From Amphiscolops sp. MND2022 (Eukaryota), in assembly GCA_964187785.1 (NCBI GenBank), contig OZ076409.1, positions 85,500,001-85,564,000 on the forward strand: a stretch of 64,000 nt of DNA. Reading direction: 5' to 3'. The notes beneath the pieces were generated by a model, which was given only the letters and a program-made list of their open reading frames with translations, did no database searches and was not told the DNA's origin. Made by a program: the position numbers and the translations under genes. The number at the start of each line of letters is the position of its first letter. Positions within the stretch are counted from its first letter, which is position 1. This document shows positions 1-12,000 of this stretch, one piece after another.

Positions 1-141
1 TGTTAGCCAAGTTTCGGCGAGACAGACGAAGTCGAAATCCTTGGTTAGGAGATAGTTTGCAAATTTTTGTCGTCTGTCCATTTTGTAGAGGCTTCTGATT
101 TTATATAGCAACATTATATACTCTCTCGACAGGTTAGGAAG
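1..141 (-). CDS. LINE ORF2 N-terminus (APE endonuclease), truncated by the window edge
   Basis: Minus-strand translation directly after the ORF1 TGA reads LPNLSREYIMLLYKIRSLYKMDRRQKFANYLLTKDFDFVCLAETWLT, containing the APE-type D-x-x-C-L-x-E-T-W-L motif. Confidence 0.8.
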
Positions 142-1005
142 TCAAGCAGTAAGCTCGACTGGTTTTCTGTTCAGATATAAGATTCCATTTCTGATGCTTA
201 TTTGTTTCGGATCACAGTTCTCTTGGTTAATAAGTTCCCTCCTTTTCTTGAGTAACTTTTGTTCATGTAGTTGTTGCTCTCTATTCAATGACTTTGATGG
301 ATACACTTTGTACTTTTCACATTCGTATTCTGGTTCATAGTTTTTTAGCATGGATGCGCGTGCTAAGAGCTTCTCCACGTTGTAACTGTTTTTGAACTTT
401 ACGAGCATTTGTCTGGTTCGCGTTGAAGCAGCATCGAATTTTCCGACCCTATGGAAGCCTGAGATTTCGCTTTTATCAATGCCCAAGTAATTGACAACTT
501 CGCAGATCAAATTTTCTTCATGTTCGAAAATAAGTTTTCGATCGGGTTTGGTAAAATGTTTTTCACCATTTTCTTTAATAAGTTCTCTGTTTTGAAATTT
601 CAATTCGGGTAGGCCGCTGAAGCGCAGTTCTTGATCAAATAACTTAGACGTATTTGAACTTTTGTACTTATCTTGTGTATCTGCTGAGGATGGTGGTTTC
701 GTGGTCATCATATCGTTCGGGGTTTTCTTCATCGTTTCTACAGATTTTGTCAACGAGGCCACATCACTTGTTAAACTGGCTGTCACTTTCTTCGACGTCA
801 CTGGGCAAGTTTCACAGAAAAAATGCACATTTTTTGCTCGTTCCAGGAAATCAAATTCTTTTGTGTAACGCATGCATGAGCTATGGGTCCAACCATCGCA
901 ATTTTCGCATTGAAGCCAGTTTTCACCGTCCATTTTGGAGCAGATTTTGCAGGGGATTCCAGGGCCCTGTTGCTTCGATGCCAACCGGTTGCGAGCTCCA
1001 GGCAT
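142..1005 (-). CDS. LINE (CR1/L2 group) ORF1 protein with N-terminal PHD finger
   Basis: PHD pattern CKIC...WLQCENCDGWTHSSC...FFCETC, then a coiled coil and an ORF1-type C-terminus (FHRVGKF...RQMLVKF...SKSLNREQ). Immediately followed by an APE ORF. Confidence 0.85.
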   Translation of the reverse strand: MPGARNRLASKQQGPGIPCKICSKMDGENWLQCENCDGWTHSSCMRYTKEFDFLERAKNVHFFCETCPVTSKKVTASLTSDVASLTKSVETMKKTPNDMMTTKPPSSADTQDKYKSSNTSKLFDQELRFSGLPELKFQNRELIKENGEKHFTKPDRKLIFEHEENLICEVVNYLGIDKSEISGFHRVGKFDAASTRTRQMLVKFKNSYNVEKLLARASMLKNYEPEYECEKYKVYPSKSLNREQQLHEQKLLKKRRELINQENCDPKQISIRNGILYLNRKPVELTA

Positions 1006-1135
1006 TTCAAATATGAAACTATTTAATAAGTTTGAAACTATTTAAAACTGTGAGCGATTGAGATGCGTTCGAAGAAATTTATTACATATAACCTAATTTT
1101 TTGACCTTTATATCATAGCAGCTTTAAAAAAAATT

Positions 1136-1466
1136 GGGTGGCTGTAAATAGGTCTAACTTTTCTGGTCGAAAGGACAGAGGTCGTACCTTTTGATCGAAT
1201 TGCGGGGATCGAATTGAATGCGGTCGAATTTTATCGTGTTTGTTGTATGGCTCGGTCGCTTCGCTCCCTTCGCCAAGTAGCAACATTGAGGCATGGCAAT
1301 ATGGCACGTCGCTTCGCTCCTGCATTCAGGGGTATGTGAACATATTTGACTACGTTATAAAAATTTCGATCCGAGTTGTTTCGATCCCATTCAAAAATTT
1401 GGTATGTCGACCTGAGGACTAACTCTGATTTTCGATCCCGTTCCTTCGATCTATTTCCGCCAACCC
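1136..1466. mobile_element. Non-autonomous Mutator(MULE)-like MITE, copy 1
   Basis: Imperfect TIRs GGGTGGCTGTAAATAGGTC / GATCTATTTCCGCCAACCC; 9-bp TSD AAAAAAATT (1127-1135, 1467-1475); similar inverted copy at 44004-44358. Confidence 0.85.
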
Positions 1467-1658
1467 AAAAAAATTCTACCGGTCGACTGCATAGTTGCTG
1501 GTTTGAGTAGTTTGTTGGTTGTTTTTATTGTTACTGGTATAGTGGCTGGTATGTGGTTCCCTACTTTCGTTGTAGACCACGGGTGTGTGTCTTCTCCCCC
1601 ATGATGATACACATAGCCTAATTGTTGTGATAAACTTATTAAATAGTTTCCGGTTGTG

Positions 1659-2471
1659 ATGCCTCCAAAAAGACAGACGAAGCAGACAAACAGCAAAAGT
1701 GCAACTACTGACCTCCTACCCTGTGCAAAAGAAACGTGTGGAAAATGTGATGTGGAGGTAGTTGACGGGGATTCAGCCCTGGCCTGTGAACAATGCCTCA
1801 GGTACTTCCACGGGGTCTGCTTGGGCGTAAACAATGCTGTGGTGACGGCAATGGGGAATCTCCCTGGGTGCTACTGGTTCTGTGAAGAGTGTGATGGACC
1901 TCAGCGGGCTCGTGTGGATCTGCCAAAGGAAACTGAAAAGCTAAGTAAAATGGTTTCTCATTTGAATACATTAGTAGCAAAGATTCCTCCTCTTGAGATA
2001 CCAAAAACTCCTGATTCATCGACTGCTAAAATAATGAATGTAATGACTGAAGATTATAAATGTCAAGTACGTATCTCTGGCATTGAAGAAACTCCTGAAA
2101 ACACTGCATCAAAACAGATGATTAAAGATCAAGTTCAAATTGAAGAAGTCCTTGAGAAAATTGACTGTTCCTTCCCGATCAAAGGTGTAAGACGAATGGG
2201 CCGCTATTACCCAGGACGCAAACGGAAAGTTTTAATAACATTCCAATCACCATGGGAAGCACGGCTGGTCATTGCCAAAGCGATTGAAAATAACCTCTTC
2301 CAGGAACACAAAGTACTGATTACTCCTGGGCTTTCCAAAGAAGACGCATTGCGCGAGAAAACGCTCCTGCAAAAGAGATATGATATGATACAGAATGGCA
2401 CTGATTCAAAAACTTTGAAAATTAGAAAACTTAAACTCTACCAAAATGGCAAGGAGGTTCAAATTGAATGA
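1659..2471 (+). CDS. LINE ORF1 protein with PHD finger
   Basis: ATG at 1659; PHD CGKC...CEQCLRYFHGVC...WFCEEC; ORF1 motifs VRISGIEE, VRRMGRY...RKVLITF, ITPGLSKE. Confidence 0.88.
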   Translation: MPPKRQTKQTNSKSATTDLLPCAKETCGKCDVEVVDGDSALACEQCLRYFHGVCLGVNNAVVTAMGNLPGCYWFCEECDGPQRARVDLPKETEKLSKMVSHLNTLVAKIPPLEIPKTPDSSTAKIMNVMTEDYKCQVRISGIEETPENTASKQMIKDQVQIEEVLEKIDCSFPIKGVRRMGRYYPGRKRKVLITFQSPWEARLVIAKAIENNLFQEHKVLITPGLSKEDALREKTLLQKRYDMIQNGTDSKTLKIRKLKLYQNGKEVQIE

Positions 2472-5291
2472 CTCACAAAGTTGGAAGAAAAAGTTTCTAA
2501 AATTCTCTACTTGAATGTGCAAGGTCTCTTATCGTTCCAAAAATGTATTGATTTACAAAAGCTTTATCTGACTGGTTCATATGATTTGATGCTGTTATGC
2601 GAAACCTGGTTTGACGAAAATGTTGAATCGATTATATTTCCTAATGACATCCCAACAGTCCTGAATCGAGCGGATCGGAAGGATGGTTCACATGGTGGTG
2701 TGGTGATATGTTCGAATACTTTGGATACATCTCCGGTCAAAACAAATTTCGACTTCGGTTGCGCTGTTATTTTCCAGAACTGCTTGGTGATAGTTATTTA
2801 TAATCCTCCCCCGACCAGCAAATACCGGATAATGGATAAACACCTCCTCAATTTTATTAAATCGGTTATTTGCAAAGCTTTTTGGTCGGTCGAGAAAAAT
2901 ATCTTAGTGTTAGGCGATTTCAATATCCCTTCGATTAATTGGGCACTCTTTCCCGCTCAAATTCCCGAGGAGTACTCCGAAGTTTTCAATTTCTTCATTC
3001 ACAATGGCTTTGATCAATTAATTCATCAAACGACCCATGACGGAGGCAATATTCTAGACCTTTGTTTTGCAAACTTTGACATTCAATCAATCTCTGTGTC
3101 GGGAAAAAATTTCCAGTCTGACCACTTCGGAATAACTATTATTTTAGAAACTTTTCATCTTAAAAAGTGGGAAATGCCTCAATCCAACTCAACCTTCTCC
3201 CTTACTCCAGATGCGGTGGAAAACATAAAGCTTGACCTATCTGACAATATATTTTCAATGGTACAGCCAAACTCCGAATCTACTTATAGCCAGAATTGGT
3301 TCGATAATTTCGACGAAATTCTGAAGAAACACATGAGAAAGAAACGTCAAAAGCGTTTGAGTCTACCGTTCTATTACACTTCGCATTCGATTCACCTTTA
3401 TAATCAATTGAAAACCCTTGCGTCTTCAACGAAAAATTACAACATATCAAAATTTATGTCAGTGAAAAAAGACCTCTTGGAGTCTATTGAGTTGGATATC
3501 CATTGTTTTGTTAACCATTTTGTTAGTAACAACACGAGAATGCATGACTGTTATAATCTAGTCAGATCTTTCAAAAATTCTTCGTCCTATCCCTCAAAAA
3601 TGACATGGGAGAAAAAGAATTTCTCTGGTAAACCTGATATTGCCAATGCTTTCAACGACTTTTTCTTTTGCCAATATCAAGAATGTTCAACTATCAAAAA
3701 TTTCAACAACTTCGATGAATTAGAATTGAATGATGTTGAAATCACTCTAGATGAAGTGTACTCAGTTCTAAACTGTTGCACGAATGGAACTGGACCGGAT
3801 GGTCTTTCTGGGTTTCTACTGCGACAGATTTCCAACGAATTTAGCATTCATTTTCTTAAATTGGCAGAACACATTCTCAGTACATCAATTTTCCCTGCAA
3901 ACTGGAAAACAACTTTCATTAGACCAATGCACAAAAAGAAATGTAAAACGGTAATCGAAAATTACAGACCTGTAGCATCTTTATCCCGTCTTTCAATTTG
4001 TTTTGAACGGCTCCTTTTTAAAAAACTTTATCCCCACTGCTCAAAAAAGATATCCCATTTACAGCATGGGTTCATGAAAAGCAAATCGATACAATCCCAA
4101 TTGTTAATTCACTTAGATTACATATACAACAACCTCGACAGAGGAGATGAAGTTTTCACAGTTTATCTTGATTTCAGCAAAGCGTTTGATCGTGTTGATC
4201 ATGAGATTTTATTGAAAAAGGTTGCCAGTTTTGGGATTGGTGGCAATATACTCAAACTCTTGAAAAGTTATCTCGAAGATCGTGAACAACGAGTTAAAAT
4301 TGACGACTGTCTCTCAACTGCCCTTCCAATCAAAAGTGGTGTCCCCCAAGGCTCGGTTATTGGACCTTTATTATTTTTAATCTTCATTAATGATTTGCCT
4401 GGTGTTTGTGTCGACTCAATAATGTTACTCTTTGCAGACGATTCGAAAATCTCAAATGCTGATCCCATTGAACTCCAGAATGATCTTATAAGGATTTATA
4501 ACTGGGCGAAAGCAAATAAAATGGAATTCAATAACACGAAAACTGAACTACTATGGTTTACTCTTCATCGCTATAAAATTTCTGATAGACGTGTATTGGT
4601 CTTTGATTCTAAAGATATTGAGTTTTCTACGGTCCCTATTAAAGATTTGGGTATCAATTTTACGTCTGATTTGAAATGGTCAGCCCACATCGATGTTCGT
4701 ATTAGAAAAGCTTTTTCACGATTCATGATGTTAAAGCGGTCCTTACCGACTACCTTACCGGCTAATGTAAAATCACAAGTTTACAAACTTTATATCCTAC
4801 CAATAATCACCTATGGATCAGTCCTATGGTTTCCCAACAAGACTGATTTATCGAAATTAGAAGTCTTTCAAAATAAAGTTATTCGTTGGTTTGGACTTAT
4901 AGATGATTATAAGGATCGGTTATTAGCCCTAAATTTGCTTCCCTTTTCTCTGCTGTTTCAGTTGAACGACCTCCTATTCCTACATCAATGTATTGTGAAC
5001 GATTCTCCGATATGTTCAGGACTGCTCTACAAAGAATCTCTCCGCCATTATGACACCCGATTTTCATCACGAAAACTTCTCTTTAAAAAGAAAACAAGAC
5101 TGAAGTCCACTGACAGCTTTTTCATAAACAGAGTTGTTAATCTAGCTAATTTCGTATCATCGAAATTCGAGATTGACTTCTTTGACACGACCTCATTTAA
5201 GCCTAAACTGAAAAATATTTTCCGAAACTACCTTAAATATGGCTATGATAAATCGGATTGTAGAAGGTTTTTGAAGTGCTATTGCTGTTGA
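2472..5291 (+). CDS. LINE ORF2: APE endonuclease + reverse transcriptase
   Basis: Endonuclease motifs YLNVQG, LCETW, GDFN, LDLCF, SDH; RT motifs NYRPVA, QHGF, LDFSKAFDRV, GVPQGSVIGPLLF, FADD, KDLGI. In frame with ORF1, with no ATG before the first catalytic motif. Confidence 0.93.
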   Translation, partial: LTKLEEKVSKILYLNVQGLLSFQKCIDLQKLYLTGSYDLMLLCETWFDENVESIIFPNDIPTVLNRADRKDGSHGGVVICSNTLDTSPVKTNFDFGCAVIFQNCLVIVIYNPPPTSKYRIMDKHLLNFIKSVICKAFWSVEKNILVLGDFNIPSINWALFPAQIPEEYSEVFNFFIHNGFDQLIHQTTHDGGNILDLCFANFDIQSISVSGKNFQSDHFGITIILETFHLKKWEMPQSNSTFSLTPDAVENIKLDLSDNIFSMVQPNSESTYSQNWFDNFDEILKKHMRKKRQKRLSLPFYYTSHSIHLYNQLKTLASSTKNYNISKFMSVKKDLLESIELDIHCFVNHFVSNNTRMHDCYNLVRSFKNSSSYPSKMTWEKKNFSGKPDIANAFNDFFFCQYQECSTIKNFNNFDELELNDVEITLDEVYSVLNCCTNGTGPDGLSGFLLRQISNEFSIHFLKLAEHILSTSIFPANWKTTFIRPMHKKKCKTVIENYRPVASLSRLSICFERLLFKKLYPHCSKKISHLQHGFMKSKSIQSQLLIHLDYIYNNLDRGDEVFTVYLDFSKAFDRVDHEILLKKVASFGIGGNILKLLKSYLEDREQRVKIDDCLSTALPIKSGVPQGSVIGPLLFLIFINDLPGVCVDSIMLLFADDSKISNADPIELQNDLIRIYNWAKANKMEFNNTKTELLWFTLHRYKISDRRVLVFDSKDIEFSTVPIKDLGINFTSDLKWSAHIDVRIRKAFSRFMMLKRSLPTTLPANVKSQVYKLYILPIITYGSVLWFPNKTDLSKLEVFQNKVIRWFGLIDDYKDRLLALNLLPFSLLFQLNDLLFLHQCIVNDSPICSGLLYKESLRHYDTRFSSRKLLFKKKTRLKSTDSFFINRVVNLANFVSSKFEIDFFDTTSFKPKLKNIFRNYLKYGYDKSDCRRFLKCYCC

Positions 5292-6010
5292 TTTTTGTTT
5301 CTTATATTTTCAATCATAAATAATCAGGCTGTTTAATATCTACAGAAAAGTAGAATTTAAGTCTTTTACTACTACATGGCACTTGATTGATGACGAAGAT
5401 CCATGATATCTGAATGGAAAACTTCATATTGGAAACCGAGAATCTCAACAAGGACGAAGAAGCCTGAAACTATCCACTTAGTGGACTAAATTAATTGATG
5501 AAGAAGAGAGTTGAAAACTACACGAATTGAAAAACATCCTCCCGCAAATAGGGTATTCAGAATATATATATTCTAAGACCCCGCAGGCAATGTGGTAGAA
5601 AGTTGTGTCATTGTTTCCGATTTCTTTTGCGACACGTCTTGCAAGTCTTAATGACTTTTTGATATTGCCTCACTCATTTTGAGTATGAAGCTATTTAATA
5701 TTTGGTTTAGGTTGGTAATTGTAGAGCGCTTCACCTCGGAGACCACAATGGGGTATTAGATATTTTGCAATATTGGAATTTTGTCTTCTGGTTGTTTCCC
5801 GATGTGACCCCTAAGTGGTTTGGGCCCAGTTCTAACCTCACTTAGTGTGGTCTTGGAAACATTTCAAGTATGTTTCAGAGACTTTTAAGAACCACACCAC
5901 TAAGAATTTGGGTCCCATCGTCGCGACCACACTTGTCTTCTACGTTTCTCACAATAAGAATTTACCGAGTTTCTTTTATCAGTGATTATCTGAATCATCT
6001 TTCAGGTTTA

Positions 6011-9000
6011 ATGATGAATGTCGATGAAGTTTTGCGTCTAATTGATCAGCTGTATTCAAGTTCCTCCTCAAAAAATGAACAAGAAGACGCCGACCGAAAA
6101 TTGCAGAATTTTCAACTTTCACCAGATGCATGGAATATATCTCTCGAAATACTGAACAGAACACCATCCACAGAGGCTGTCTATTTTGCCTCGAACACTC
6201 TTCGGACCAAAGTTCAAAGTAATTATATCAGCAATGATATCGTATTTTTAGTTAGCGCTTTATGGTATAAAATGAGGCTATTATACTTTTTCCTACTCAT
6301 TCAGGTTAAAAGGAAGTCGATAGATATTTTCGGAACTGCGACTTTTCTCGCGGATTTGACAAAAGGGTTCTCGGTTATAACGAATTAAGTCTGCACAGAA
6401 TAATTCGTTGTACACTCCGTTCATAACGATTGTTTATAACGATATTCCGGTTATAGCGATAGAGTTGCACGGTACCGGACACGATGCTAGTATATAACGA
6501 TTTTCGCCTATAACGATATTCGATATAGCGATTAACAAGCCGGGACCGGCCCAAGTCGGCGCCATATCCAAAGCTCAAAAATAGCAAAAAGACTTCCAAG
6601 TGTCAAGTTCTCTTTTACAGTATTCGAAAATCGAAAATTTTTCGAGAAAATTACATACTCAAACAACATTGTCGCAGTTGAAGGGGAACCCTTTGGAGAA
6701 GAAACAAATTTTCGAATAAAAGTCTCAATGCCGAAAAACTGAAAGGGGGGACCCTTTGGGGTTTTTAAACACCCAATCTGTTGTAAAACAAAGAAATTGA
6801 AGGGGGGACACTTCGGAGAGAAAAAATTTTCCGAAAAAGTCTCGCAGTGCCGAAAAAAAATTGGAAGGGGACCCTTTGGTCTCGCCCGGTATGGTATGTT
6901 ACGCGGGAAAACAGGAAAAACCTTTTTGGTTCAGTTCGCTAGACCAAATAGTGCAATTTGGTGCAATAATATTTTGTATAACTTTTAAGAACTATTTTGG
7001 TCAGTTCGTGTGGATTGAAAAAAAGAAAAGCCACTATAATAGTCGCGTTTCACGTCATGAAGCGCCGACTAAAAAACGCCGGTCCCCGGGCAATCGTTTT
7101 AAGCGGAGGTGAGTGTAATTAAAGATGACTAGTTTTTTATATTTCCTCGTCCATTAAGACCTCAAGTCCTCAAGGATCGATCTTAGAGGGCCATTGGTCT
7201 TCATTCTATACTCACTCCCATTGAGGTCTCTACTTAATGAATTTCTTGCTTGTTATTGCACATGACGAAGTCAATGTGCATTGCAGTCCAGCTAAGTAAG
7301 TTTTTTTCCACTATAGTCAACTTCATAATGAGCGCCTTTTAGATAAAAGCCAAAACCCCCAGAGAGATTCGAACCTGCAGCCTCCCGATTGCACGGCATA
7401 CGTGTTCACCCTGTGCCATAGGGATGTTATTGAACAAAGTTGAACTGTTGAATATATACGCATGCGATTAAAATAATATATATACGCATATTAAAATAAT
7501 CGATGTCTTCGTCATGTTTTGCGAAGCACCGCTTCGCCTCTGTGTCATATCTATGCCGATGACAACGATTCACATGGAATTTGACCTGGGGACAACATTT
7601 GCCAATTTCCTGAAACATAAAAAGATAATTGCCAGTGTTTTGAAACTATTAGCCGCCTTGAAATTAAATGTAAACAGTTCAAAAACTCAATATATGTTCG
7701 TTTACGAATCTTCCCGAGACAATCACTATCGATGGTATCAGAATTGAGATCAAAGATAGAGTCAAAGTTTTCGGAGTTACTTTGGATAAGTTAAGTTTCT
7801 CTTCTTTCATCAACAGCACCTGTGCGAAGTCCTATCACCTCAGAAGGATACCATCAATTCGAAAAATTTAGTCATTCGATCTCACAAACTCACTTTTGTT
7901 ATCAGTAGACTTGATTATTGTAACTCACTGTTATATGGTGCTCCGGACTACATGATCAAAAAATTGCAAAGAGTTCAGAATAAAGCCGCATGTCGCTTTC
8001 TTCATCAAGGAAATTCTAATGTTAACTTACTTTTGAATGAACTTCATTGGCTTCCGGTTGAAAAAAGAATTAAGTACAAAATCTTATGCTTCGTATACCG
8101 TCTTTATAATGACTTGCCTGTGCCTATTTACTTGTCGGTACCGTTTTTCAGGTATCAGCAACTTGATCAGTACGATCTGTGAAATTCCAGAGAACGAAAC
8201 TTGACTGTCAGAATTACCAACAATACCTATGAAAAACGATGCTTCTGGGTATCAGGTGCTGAATTATGGAATTCACTACCATATGATCTTTTATTTAGCC
8301 CTTCATATGACCGTTTCCAAGCACGATTAAAGACATACCTATTCTGAACGCTTCGACTGTTAAAAAAGCGTCATTTCCAACTTCAACTTCTTCAAGACCA
8401 GATAATTGCCCTATCTGCAAATAAGTTTTTCTTCACTCTATCGATCTACTTGAAACGTCTGCGATTGGTAATAAGTATTTAAACTCTTTGAAATTGAATG
8501 GGTGTAATCAAGGTATAGAAGAACCTACGCATGTTACACCTACCTCAAAGTCACTTCTTGATCACATAGTACATAATGATTGCCGAAGCAATCTTGAGTT
8601 TGGTGTCCTCAAAACCAATATTACAGATCATTATGCAACTTATGTCCATTTGGATATAACAAGATCTCAATCCATTCGTTTTCAACAAACCAGGGCAACA
8701 ATGACATTTCTTCGAAATGGGTTTCATAAAGAGAAATACTTAAACTACTTAAGGCATTGTCTGGAATTGTCAAATTTAGAACAGGACGTCGATAGGTTAA
8801 CTGAAAGTCTGGCTGATGCACTCACAACAACCGTCAACGTTTTCACTTTCAAAGAAAAAGTAAAGCTTGCAAAATCAAATGAGACTTGGTTCGACAAAGA
8901 TAGAAAGCATAATCCGACGAAATTTCGCGTTTAACAGATACAACCGATATCGCACTACACGAAAATGAGAAATCACTTCTGCGAACTCCTGCGGTCGAAG

Positions 9001-12000
9001 AAACGAGAATACTTTGATCATCGACTTACCCAGTTCTTGAATTCGCCAAAACGCTTTTTCAATTGATTGAATCGACTAACTGGTAGACAGAAGAACTGTA
9101 ACTTCATAATCGCGGACAAAGAAAAATTGAACACAGACGATTTTGCCGTCTCAAACTTGTTCAACGAGAAGTTCGTTTCGATAAGCAAAACTTTAGCCGC
9201 TTCATTTCCCACTGTTCCATTCACTACTGAAGGATTAGCTAATGATGAGAAGTCTCTTTTTGTATCCAACTGATTCCCTGGAAATCTCTAAAATTGTACG
9301 GAACCTTAAGGACCACAAGGCGGCCGGATTAGATGTGCTAACTGCTGAAATTTTAAAGGTTAGCCTTGATGTGATCTGTGATAGACTGACCTACCTAATC
9401 AATGAATCGTTATCAAGTGGTGTTCTCCCGAAGATTTTGAAAGCTGCGAAAGTGGTTCCAATTTTTAAATCTGGGAAAAAGAGCAATTGTGAGAATTATG
9501 GACCCATATCAATTTCATCGGTTCTGAGCAAAGTCTTTGAGCGGGTAGTTTTCCAGAGACTGTATAAATTCATGTAAAGTAAACAATCTTTCCTATTCCC
9601 GTCAATTCGGATTCAGATCAAAAATGAGTACATTGCAAGCACTTGCGGACATAACGGAACCTTATCAGGAATAATACCCATCTTGATGTATCCTGTATGC
9701 TATTAGATTAAGAAAAGCTTTTGATACAATATATCATGAAATCTTATTATTCAAATTAGAGAGCTATGGTGTGAGAGGTATTCGCTTAGAATGGTTCAGG
9801 TCGTATCTCAATGATCGTACACAATGCGTTGCTATTAATCATCAGTATTCAAACACCCTAACTGTTGAGTGTGTTGTGCCACAAGGATCGATTATAGGAC
9901 CGCTATTGTTTCTAATATACGTCAATGATTTTCCCAGCTCTTGTGATGATATTGTACCATTCTTGTATGCAGGTGATACTAACTGTATATTCGATCGAAA
10001 AATGCTTCTTCGACACTTCAAGATAAAGCTGAACATATACCGTCGTGGATGGCAAAAAATAAATTGAGACTTCATATTAGAAAGACTGAGCTTGTGGACT
10101 TCTTGAGCTGTCAGGATGAAAGTGTGAAAATGGCAAGTACTACTATATCTCCAATCAAATCTGTGAAATATCTGGGCGTTCACCTGGATAAAAAACTGAC
10201 CTTCGAAGCCCATGTTCAAAGTGTACTTGGTAAAATGGCTAAACATGTATCAGTTGTAATGCGGTTGAGACATTTTTGTAAAAGTTCAATAGTGGTCAGA
10301 TTTTATAACATTTACCCTAAACCAATACGGTCTTTTAGTATACAGTTGCACGAGGAAAAGTAAATTGAAGGACATACTTCTGCTGCAAAAGAAAGTACTG
10401 CGAATTATCTTTTTCAAACCGAAGATATCCGTCCGATGAGCTGTTCGAACGAAGCTGAATAATGAATGTTTCTGATCTCTATGTTTGTGAACTTTTGAAA
10501 TATGCGGTTCATTCAACGAGAAGCAAAATTGATAAAAGTTTAGAAAGTCTTTTCACTCATGAGAGCTCATCGATTTTCAACACGAAGTGTTAGCACGAAT
10601 GTTTCATGTACCGCAGCTAGGTTTGGAAGTTCATCGACAGTCTCTAAAGTATCGTGGAACGTTACTACTGAATCACCTTCTAAGGAAAAAAACTTTTGCC
10701 TCCTGATTACGAGATATGCGAAAGTCGAGAGCTTAGTAAAAGTCTCCGTAACATCCAAAACCGAGTAAATAGTGAGTGTCTGGCTGATAGTTTTTGTGTG
10801 ATGGCCTGTGTAAGGAGGGTCCTCCCCCGTCTTAGTATTTCTACTTTAGAGGGTCCCCTTTGGTGTGGATAATTACCAATGGGAAAAATCTGTTACCTGT
10901 GTATATAAATATATATTTTATACTACTATATGTATTATATATACTACACCAAAGTAAAATTAACTTCTTCGTCACCCGGACCATGTCTCTAATCAATCGA
11001 ATACCTAAAAACTTGAAATTTGAAGATCCTCAAGGTCTGAAAGAACGACTTGGCACATTTCCAGAACTATAATTACCTTATCAGTGACACTTGGAAATTA
11101 TTGCAGTATCCACGTCATCTATTAACTGAGGATATTCTCCCTGTTCTTGGCGTCTCATCGGTAGATTTGGATGCTCTCTGTGGAACTAACTGAATTCGTA
11201 CTTTTGCAAAATTCGAAACTAGTGGTGGTTGTTTTGCGAAATTTCGAAATATAAGATTTACTTCTGGAATTTTATTCCGAAATTTAGCAAGAATGAAAGG
11301 TATTTTTGGAAATGTTTTTCAGTTACAGAAATATTGCTCAGCTCCGAAGAGGCGCTTTTAGCAAAACAATTCCAAATTGTGCGTGGAGTCAACGTTATCT
11401 TTCGAGTATAAAAATGGGAAAATAAAGGAAACAGTGAGTTTTGGGTTGTGTGGAAAACAATGTATATTGTTTTAGGCAACTACAAAGAACTTCCGCCAAA
11501 TTTCAGAGAGCCCCTTCGAGACTCACTCTTGCAGATCATATGGCGGAGCAATGAAAAGTTTTCGAAAGCGAGCATGAGTCAGTTATCAGTAGCAGTCAGT
11601 CATTTGGCCCTTCAATCTACCACCTGGCCCAATTCCCTCGTCTATTTAAAGGATTTGGTGAAAGCAGATTCAGAAATTCGACACGTACTCACAATTGTTC
11701 AGATTCTCCAATACATACCGGAAGACATCGAGTAAGTTTCTTCAGTGGAAGTAAAGCCTAGTTTTCAAGTTACTAAGGAACTGTTCGACGTTTCCTGTGA
11801 TATATAGCAAAGCTGTGCTCAATCGACTACTTCTAATTTTGAGATGAAAATTTTTTCAAAGATCCTCACAGTTTTCTCCACGGTCGAGTCAGCCAGCTAA
11901 TTTTGCTTTGAAAGAACAAAAATAGAAACGGTTTGATCAAATTGTCAGATGAAAAGTCTCATTTTACATTTGTTTACACGAATTTGACCTCAGATTTTTG

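Larger units (their letters stand above)
1480..5330 (+). mobile_element. Apparently full-length CR1/L2-group non-LTR retrotransposon (ends approximate)
   Basis: 5' leader, PHD ORF1 and uninterrupted APE-RT ORF2 in tandem. Confidence 0.85.

Noticed and set aside
5870..6010. N-terminal extension of TNPO3 from the ATG at 5870
   Set aside because: No importin-like sequence before MMNVDEV, and an acceptor-like TTTCAG at 6000-6005 suggests this stretch is intron or outron.
7356..7424. Functional tRNA genes here and at 52760-52835
   Set aside because: A/B boxes are present but the cloverleaf stems are broken; treated as SINE or pseudogene heads.
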